Assembly (NCBI GenBank): GCA_951406725.2
Contig: OX597816.1
Location: 130,882,001 to 130,946,000 of the forward strand
DNA: 64,000 bases
From: Octopus vulgaris
Taxonomy: Eukaryota
Reading direction: 5' to 3'
The position numbers and the translations under genes were made by a program. This document shows, piece after piece, positions 54,919-64,000 of this stretch (position 1 is the first letter of the stretch; every line of letters starts with the position of its first letter). The notes below the pieces were generated by a model, which ran no database searches, was not told the DNA's origin, and saw only the letters and a list, made by a program, of their open reading frames with translations.

Positions 54919-56269
54919 TTCCAGTTGCCTTAAGCAGAAATCACTCAGATTGATTCTTACATCTACAACAGAACTTTCTACTCTTTACATATCACATCTT
55001 CAACCACTGCTTGTCCGTAGAGTCACATAAACATGGTAACAGGTCGCTGGTTACTTGCAACACTCTTGGCTGAAACCCTTGCTGTTTCGTTGCTGTCGCA
55101 GTGAAAGGAGAGACGAAACATTTTTCACCTCATTTCGTCCTAGATATTCACTTACATACGTCCTACTTCAATCGATGCCACATCAACCAGAGATTTTTTT
55201 TTTCTAGTTGTTCCTTTGATAGCATATGAAATTCTTATCAGTTCTGAAAACAGGAATCATGTGTTGTTCTCTTACTTCTGCGTTTTATCGAGGAATACCG
55301 TGGCAAATAGTAACCCATAGTGACTTCTCTCTTAATGCTTACAAAACTGCTCTTATTGCTCTTGCTATTAACATTATGGCAAATAAAGTTATTTTTCATT
55401 TGTTAAAACGTAAATGACTGCTGCGTCTTCTTGATCAATTTTTTTTATTTCTGTTTTTTTTTTGCTTATTTTGTTTCTTCCATTTTTTCTTTGTGGGCGT
55501 TATCGGTTCTGCCTCGTTTTGCTATCACTTGTATCTTACCTAGAAGGGGCTATATTTAATTATTAGCAAATACATTCTTTTTAACGTAAAGGTATAAAAG
55601 AGAGGCCTTTACTACATCAAGACCAATGGTCTTTTGGAGTCCCTTGTTTACAAAGTGAAAGAAAATTGTTTCACGTAATGCATGAATGTAATGTATAGAC
55701 CTACAGAGGCCCATACATTACATTCATACAAACTGTTACCCAAGACGCGCGTAACATTGATAGACGTACATTAGTCGGATGGATATGTTTTGGGCTTACG
55801 ATAAACACAGTAAAGATTGATCTGGAGGAGGTTCTGTGCGCAAAGCCTTTCGGGAAAATAATTAGAAAATGTTTAAACAACACTTTTGAAGGGGAAATTT
55901 TAATTCTTATGTGTTAGTAATGTAGGGTCGGCAATCCAGGGTTGGGAACAGAAAGGTTATTTTCCTGGCAAGAGACAAGTTAAATGCATAAGCATAGAAT
56001 ACAGGTCTAGAATAAAAACAAGAGATAAGCAGGTAGGCAAGACAGTTGTAAGTGTAGGTAGAAGGAGAGACAGGACGTCAGGTAAAAGAGAAGAAACAAA
56101 GGAAAAAAGAAAAGGGGGAGAGAAAGAGGAAAGAATGAACGTGAGCAGAAATTATGGTTTGTATGAATGAAAGAATACGCAGAGGGCCTACAGCGAAAAG
56201 TGATAGGAAGGGAAGAAACATTGGTATCAGCTCCATATGGCTCTGATTTGACATTTAGCAACATCTTGG

Positions 56270-56842
56270 GCATGAAGACGGTCTTCAGTAGCGGTCTCTT
56301 TTCCGCAAAGAATAGCTAGCATATTTTGGCACCATTAGTACAAGGCTTCCATTTCTTAATAGTCTCTACTGTTGTAGTTGACGGCCTCCTCCTTCAACCA
56401 CTATAAATACTGAGCAAGTGCTTGGTGTCCCGCTTTTTTGTAGCTCCCTAGCGATGTGGTGTGGTTGTTTGCGCATTTCATTAAGGGATCCTTCGTCACT
56501 TTGATATAGCACTTTATGCTGGATGCATTGTTCGACTCATTGTACCTCTTTGACTTCTTCACCGTGTTGCAGTGACCATTGAAAGCTATGCCACTGCGAG
56601 CGCTACAAGCTTCAGTGCCAGGAGTGGGCTTGTGTGAAGGGATACTTTTCATGTTGGCTGTGCCTCTAAAGGCAACTGTAAAAGTATGTCTATTAAATAG
56701 CTTTCTATACCTATGTGTAGGAGGAAAATACCCGTCATCTTATGTAAAACAGCTTTACCTATTCTGAAAAAATTCAAATAAAGAATTGTTGAGAACAAAG
56801 TAATTTGTAGTGCCGTTGTCGTTTTGGCAACGTATAAATACA
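56270..56842 (-). pseudogene. Penelope-like GIY-YIG remnant
   Basis: LFNRHT...NMKSI..HK, CYIKVTKDPLMKCANNHTTS...ALAQYL*WLKEE and KPCTNGAKIC*LFFAEK follow PLE motif order. Confidence 0.65.
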
Positions 56843-58160
56843 CTAGCAGCATAGCCTGGCGTTGCCCGGGTATGTAAGAAACTTTGTCGATAAGCAATGC
56901 CCTTTACCTTTTTACCCTTTTTTGTACTCATTGAACCGTTATTTTGTAAAATGAAGCCTAAAAGACATTAAGGCATTCAAGGCACCGTTCCCTTGCATGC
57001 ATGAAGAAAATCTATGACAGTCAAAGTGCATTTTCTGGTTTTGTTTAGCACACCCAACCCAGTTCTGCGGGATCAGTGTCACGACGGGAACGCATGGGTT
57101 GGGAGTTTGACAGGCAGAGGTGATAAGGTTGCACATGCCGGCCCTTTTGACACTGACCCCCGAACCCAAGTTGGGTTCGGAGCACAGCTAAGCCCTACCT
57201 AATCCTAACTTAAGTCTAGCGAAAAGGGGCTCGGGAACCTCTAGTAGGCAATGACTAATCCCGATCTAGTCCTTTTCCTCTAGGGAACGAAGGCGCATGT
57301 GTAGGTTGCAACGTCTTCTCTTCACTCCAATACTTCTGTGTATACGACGTTCCTAGCTGAAGCGGCAAAAATCGACTAAATCGCCTGAAATCCGCGAACT
57401 ATTTAACAAAAGTCAGTTTTGTAGGGTTCGCATGGTCGGTCTCAAAGTGATATGGTTTTGTCGATTTCTCCCAATACTTGTTAACTGCATTTACAAAAGA
57501 TCGTTAGTATGATATTTAATGCAAACTTGATGTCCCACATCGGTGTAGGGAAAATCTATGTGAACTTTCAAAAATTATCGCAGAAAAATCGGTTTGCTAT
57601 GTGTGCCACATATGATGTAATTAACCGATTTTTTTCCAGTAATTTTTTCCAGTATCCTATTGGAATCAAAAGGGCCATATAGCTCCTTGGAGCAGACATG
57701 ATGCTCGCTGTGGATTTCAAAAAAAATTCCTGCCAATTTGTTAAAGATATTGTCGAAAATATGTCATCTTGAATTTGAATGCGATTTCCCAAAATGGCAT
57801 GATTTTATCGATTTTTTCTGATGGTAAGGTATTGCATGGAAAACTAACGTCAGAATTAAGTTCCTTATGGTAACATTAAGCTTCACCATGAGTTTGGTGA
57901 AAATCGATTGCAAGTTGCGAAAAATACAACGGAAAATGTGTTGCATATGATGAGCTTAGATTCTCGACCCCATGTCGAATTTATCGATTTTATCAGAACT
58001 GGGGGAGCTTTTCAAAATTTTCGCTGCGTTAGTTTTGAATTATGACGTTGGGCTATGTGTGTGTCAAGTTTCATCAGAATCGGTTGAAAGCCGTGGTCAG
58101 GGTGAGGGTACAACCTGACAGACACACAGACAGACAAACTGCCTTTTATATATATAGAGA
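56843..58160 (-). mobile_element. Non-autonomous Helitron (about 1.3 kb)
   Basis: Minus strand A|TCtctatatatataaaag 5' end and cccgggcaacgccaggc...CTAG|T 3' end. Same terminal architecture as 37427-37939. Confidence 0.8.
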
Positions 58161-58734
58161 TACATACATACATACATACATACATACATACATACATACA
58201 TACATACAATCATGCATACATACAGTGTGTTCGGGCTACACTGGACGATTTTTTGTCTCCTGTTTTCAGGAACAGCTTTATGCTTTGTATTGGTGAACAG
58301 ACAATGGCGCTGGGGGGCATAGGGAGAAAGGAAAGGATAGGTATTCACAGAAGTTGTAAATATTAAAGTTTTTTAAAGGTTTTAAAGATGATCATTTGTG
58401 TGTTCGTCCAGAGAAAATTGTAGATATGTAAGTTTCTAAACTTATTTTGAGTGAGAATTTAAAACAGTCACAGGAGATTGTAAATGTTCCAGTTTTGGGA
58501 AGTTATTTTTCAGTTGATCTGCTGGGTTGCATTAGTGTTTCTGTGTCTTCGGCTGCTGACTGGCTAGAGCAGCAAAGAACACGTCTAGCCAATGTCAAGG
58601 CTAACGGCATTATATTACTATTGTTATTTATTGTCTTTGCACAGATTCTAACGCTGGAGATGGACTACGGTAGCAATTGTTCACTACCAGTGAACTAAGG
58701 TAACTATTATAATTATTTTTATGTGTGAGAGAAA

Positions 58735-59220
58735 AGCGCATGTCATGAAAGTAACACTTGGGATATAAATATACCGAGCCTAATATACCCATCGTGACTA
58801 CCCGTCTGATAACGGTACACTAGGCACATGCATCACAACCACATGTGCGCGACATGGTGATCTCATATCAAGATGAACAGTTTGTCTCAAGAGGTCCTTG
58901 AATATGGTTTAAGGATAGTGAGCAAAGCAACCATGTTTCCAGAGATGAATTATTCAAACTCCAAAGAATTCCTCTCAACACATGGCTATGATACTCCCCC
59001 ACTACTTCTGCTCATGATCAGAGATGCACATATCGTCAGCCACTAAGGGAATGCTCAGCTGGTTACAGTTAAGCAACTGACAGGCAATCTGTGGTATTGA
59101 GCAGAATATTTGTTGTAGCCCATCTTTTATACCAGGACAAAACAATGTACATGATAACACTTCCTATCAGTTGCGATAAAAAGCTATGAGAGTCACTGCC
59201 TGGTACTGCATCAGGGCTTT
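58735..59220. repeat. Dispersed repeat abutting (TTA)n; related to 45060-45490
   Basis: Direct sequence similarity. Confidence 0.8.
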
Positions 59221-59245
59221 ATTATTATTATTGTTATTATTATTA

Positions 59246-59324
<79 letters not shown>

Positions 59325-59331
59325 CATTATT

Positions 59332-59405
<74 letters not shown>

Positions 59406-59441
59406 TATTATTATTGTTATCGTTATTATTATTATTATTAT

Positions 59442-59481
<40 letters not shown>

Positions 59482-59560
59482 GGTGGTGGTGGTGGTGGTG
59501 GTGGTGGTGGTGGTGGTGGTAGGAGGAGAAGGAGAGGAAGAGAAGGAGGGGAGGAGGAGT
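59219..59560. repeat. Compound trinucleotide tract (TTA)n-(GTA)n-(GTG)n-(GGA)n
   Basis: Directly visible. Confidence 0.95.
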
Positions 59561-59779
59561 ATTGCGTCACTCAAGGTTGGAAGTCAAGCTTAGGTTATGT
59601 CACATTCCTGAAGAACAAATTGTGTTGATTCCGTCTAAGCCAATTTAATTATAATTAAGGATCGCTGAGTAAAACTGATTTTTAATTAATTACCTTTTGA
59701 TAAAAATGCGATAGACATTGAAAGTGAAATGTGACAGCTGTTTCCTGTATGTAAATATGCACGTTTTAAGTTCGAGTGG

Positions 59780-60122
59780 GGTGTTATTCAATAACATCGA
59801 CCCCAGTACTTATTTTTTAAAGCCTGGTACTTATTCTATCAGCTCTTTTACCTTACTACTAAGTTACGAGGACGTAAAGAAACCACCACCGGTAGTTAAG
59901 CAGTGTGCGTGAGAAATATAGCGGAAAGAAACACACACACAGATACACATACACATGAACATACACACACACATATTTATATATACATACGACGGGCTTC
60001 TTTCAGTTACTCTCAACCAAATCCATTCACATGACACTTATACAAGGTGCCACACATTGAGGCTGAACCCAAAACCATGTCATTGGAAAGCAAGCTTCTT
60101 AACCACACAATCACGCCCGCGA
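59780..60122 (-). mobile_element. SINE family A, diverged
   Basis: gacgggcttctttcagtt...caaatcca...cttcttaaccacacaatcacgcc. Confidence 0.7.
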
Positions 60123-60169
60123 CTATGTATATATTTGTGTATATTTGTTTACATGTATTTCGTTTTTAA

Positions 60170-60388
<219 letters not shown>

Positions 60389-60879
60389 TAAAGAGCCGGT
60401 TTCTAACCTAGATCCAAGGCTCCTTCATTGTACTTTCAGCAACATCAATAGGATATCTTTTCAATGTATCTGTGTATATATGCAGTATTTGGAGTTAGTG
60501 CATGTTCAGATTTTTATGTTTTGTTTTATATAAGTATTCTCATACGCACATAGACTTAAATGATAAACTTCTGCAACGTTTTACAAATTTTTATGTACGT
60601 ACGTATGTATGTATGTATGTATGTATGTATGTATGTATGTATGTATGTATGTATGTAGATGTCAGGATGGGTAGTACGACATCTGCATATTTAAATATCA
60701 AAATAAGTCCAACATCACCACACACATACACACCCATGTCATTATATCTATCATTCTTTCCTCCTTTTCCGTTACTTTCTGCTTCTCCGCAACAAATACA
60801 CACGGATATGCCCACAACACCAATCAAACTTTTCATTGGTTAAAATTGATTTTTAAAAAAGCCCTCAGTTAAACATCCG

Positions 60880-61178
60880 TTACGGGACTTGAACAGACTA
60901 ATACTGATTGTTAAGTGGTGATAGACGACAAACATCGACACAAGATGCGCACGCGCGCACACAAACATACACACACACATACACTTACCACACACACATA
61001 TATCTATATGTGTGTGTGAATATGTGGCGGGCTTCTTTCAGTTTTCGCCGACCAAATCCACTCACAAGGCTTTGGTCGATCTGGTGCTATAGTAGAAAAC
61101 ATTTGCTAAGTTACCGCACAACGTGACTGAACCCAGAACGATGTTGTTGAGATACAAACTTCTTACCACTTAGCCACA
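60880..61178 (-). mobile_element. SINE family A, diverged
   Basis: ccaaatccactcacaaggctttggtcg...tgaaccc. Confidence 0.7.
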
Positions 61179-61179
61179 G

Positions 61180-61276
<97 letters not shown>

Positions 61277-61286
61277 GAGAGAGAGG

Positions 61287-61378
<92 letters not shown>

Positions 61379-62731
61379 AAACCTGAAATGAATGCTTCCG
61401 ATACTATCACGTTCCTCAAGAAGAGAACGCGTAATATTTTTGCTCATGGGTCTGTTCGATCAGGGTTGACCTTGAACTAAGCGACCACAAAAATAACATC
61501 GGAAATAATTTTCTTGATATCAACTCTGGTATTTACCAAGTTGAATTTTATAGGAAAACAAAAGACCAAAACAGGTGTAGGAATAAGCGAGTGTATCAGT
61601 TTGACGCTCGGGAAAAATGGAGAAAATATTTTACGTTTCGAGCCTGCGCTCTTCGATAGAAAGGAATAAGAGGAAATCACGTTATAACGCAATATATACA
61701 AGGAGAAACAAAAGGCAGCGACAGACAACGTTGTAACTGTCGAGGTATATGAGTGAAAGTTGACTGAGCGACCACATAGAGAGTTCCTTTTTGGGATTGT
61801 CGCTACATCGATTATACCAATTGAAGTGAAACTTTTAGCTCTTTCTTCCATCACCTCACCCAACTCTCCAGCAGGGGAAAATCACTCCCTACGCTCTTAA
61901 AATAGGGCGGGTATATGGGATAATGTAGTCCTACATAAACTATGTCTGAATGCAAAGTTGGTTACAGCTGAAAAAATGATTGTAGTTTTGGCCGATCAAA
62001 ACTGACCTGAAAGTTAATTAACAGTACGAATACTACCACCGTCATCACCACCACTGCTGCCGCCGCCGCTACCTCCACCACAGCCGCCGCCATCGCTGCC
62101 ACAACAACCATCACCACTACCACCACCACTGTAGCTGTTCAGTTGATTATTACTGTGTGTATTGTATCCCCAGAAGTGAAACTTCTAGATGATCTTAACG
62201 TCATCCCTTAATTTTCTGGTTATCACTGGCATCACTAGCTGTAGTTAGCTCTCCACTTCATGGAATAATGCCGTAATCATATACCGCCTTTCCTCATTAA
62301 TCCACGTATGACATAAGATGGAGCGCGGGAAGAGATTCTTCATTCACGTTTACGATATATAACTAATTACCCGACGCTACGTTCCTCCTCAACTACTACT
62401 ACTACAAGTAAATTAGATGTATTATGAATGCAGTGCTAACTACATCATAGCTTCGCACACGTATATGAGTATGTACAATGTGTAAATAGAATTTTAGACA
62501 TTTCGATGTTGACTATTCAGGGGTTCGATCAACTGAACTACCAGCTCATTCAATTAGCGAGTGAACGTTTGAGTGAGTATTCTACAGAACGTGAATGCTT
62601 TTCACGTAATTCACAGGCAGAACAACCAGCCTGACACAATGTATGATAATTCTATAGCAAAAGATCCCGTGCACCATATGTATATGTATGTATGCATCAA
62701 TCAATCAATCAATCGATCGATCAATCAATCT

Positions 62732-62825
<94 letters not shown>

Positions 62826-63217
62826 CTATCTACCTATTTATTTATCTATTTAACTATCTATATATGTTTATACACATGCACGCACGCACACATACACACA
62901 CATGCACACCCAAGCACATACGCAAGCATACACGCGCGCGCACACACTCGCGCGCGCGCATACACATAAGTAATCACATAAGTGCAAAACAAGGTGGAAA
63001 AGGTGGAAAATCACATAAGTGCAAAACAAGGCGAATACCAAAGGTAGAATAAAGTGCCATTATATTAAAGCCCAAAAAGGCCCTCACAAACTGTTATTCA
63101 GTTTCACGTGACTATTTACAACACACTTGTGATAATACAGTCTGTATTATCTGATTGATGAACGGTCGTATAAAGCTATCTGTGAAGGACTTTTGGGCTC
63201 AAAAGATAGTGTGTATA

Positions 63218-63255
<38 letters not shown>

Positions 63256-63282
63256 TTTTATCTTCTACGTTTTATTTATTTC

Positions 63283-63485
63283 TTTCAGTCATAAGACTAC
63301 GGCTATACTGGGGCACCACCTTGAAGAATTTTATTCGAATGCATCGGCACCAGTATTTATTTTTTAAAAGGCTGGTACTTCTTCTTTGGGTTTCATTTGC
63401 CGAACAGCTAAGTCACGGTGACGTAACCAGTAACCACACAAGTACAGGTTGTCAAACGGTGGGGGGAGGGACAAACACAGACAAA
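63283..63485 (-). mobile_element. SINE family A, 3' half
   Basis: tttcagtcataagactacggctatactggggcacc...ttgccgaacagctaagtcacgg. Confidence 0.65.
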
Positions 63486-63579
63486 CAGCCAATTATTTGG
63501 TGGGGACCATGTGGCGCGTGGTCGTATTCGGTTGCGAGGTATGTGTCTCCCTATATGGGGATGGTGTGTGTCTCCCTAT

Positions 63580-63751
63580 ATGTTCAAATTCCGCCGGGGT
63601 CGACTTTGCCTTTCATTCTTTCGGGATTGATAAATCACTGGGGTCGATATAATCGATTAGTTTCCTCCCTACAAATTTCAGGCCTTGTGCTTATAGTAGA
63701 AAGAATTATTTTTTATTATTATTATTATCATCATCATCATCATCATCATCA

Positions 63752-63782
<31 letters not shown>

Positions 63783-64000
63783 AAGGTCGACTTTGCCTTT
63801 CATCCTTTCGGGGTCGATAAATGAAGTACCAGTGAAACACTGGGGTCGATGTAATTGACTAGTCCCACCATCACCACCACCAAATTTGAGGCCTTGTGCC
63901 TCCAGTAGAAAGGATTCTTTTATAATTATTACTATTATTATTATTACTATTGTCAAGGCGGCAAGCTGGCAGAACCTTTAGCATGTCGAGCAGAAATGCT
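63580..64000 (+). mobile_element. Three SINE family B fragments separated by (TTA)n/(TCA)n
   Basis: Cores at 63599 and 63786, and a head at 63956 running off the window. Confidence 0.8.

Noticed and set aside
58645-58699. Exon-like segment with good acceptor and donor
   Set aside because: Stops occur in all three frames and it cannot be joined to the gene model.
62972-63031. Short tandem duplication aatcacataagtgcaaaacaagg
   Set aside because: Ordinary local duplication at a repeat edge.

Overview
AT-rich, extremely microsatellite-dense animal genomic DNA. Its SINE families and repeat texture point to a coleoid cephalopod, probably Octopus (inference). Almost every ORF in the supplied track is a translation of simple repeats. 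The real content is: (i) a candidate + strand spliced gene with five short coding exons (6993-7048, 8102-8142, 10507-10549, 15333-15413, 36983-37079), of unrecognised product and with a reading-frame break in exon 4; (ii) about 35 copies or fragments of tRNA-derived SINE families; (iii) decayed Tc1/mariner, Penelope-like (GIY-YIG), R4/Dong, HERO-like and CR1-like elements, and two non-autonomous Helitrons with intact ends; (iv) recurrent short foldback elements in (TA)n tracts, plus minimal hammerhead-ribozyme motifs (one inside a foldback, others in Penelope-like remnants); (v) a near-perfect 420-bp palindrome and a degenerate 47-bp E-box-rich tandem array. No intact transposon ORF, rRNA, true tRNA or CRISPR array is supported. 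All calls were made by eye and coordinates of decayed elements are approximate.
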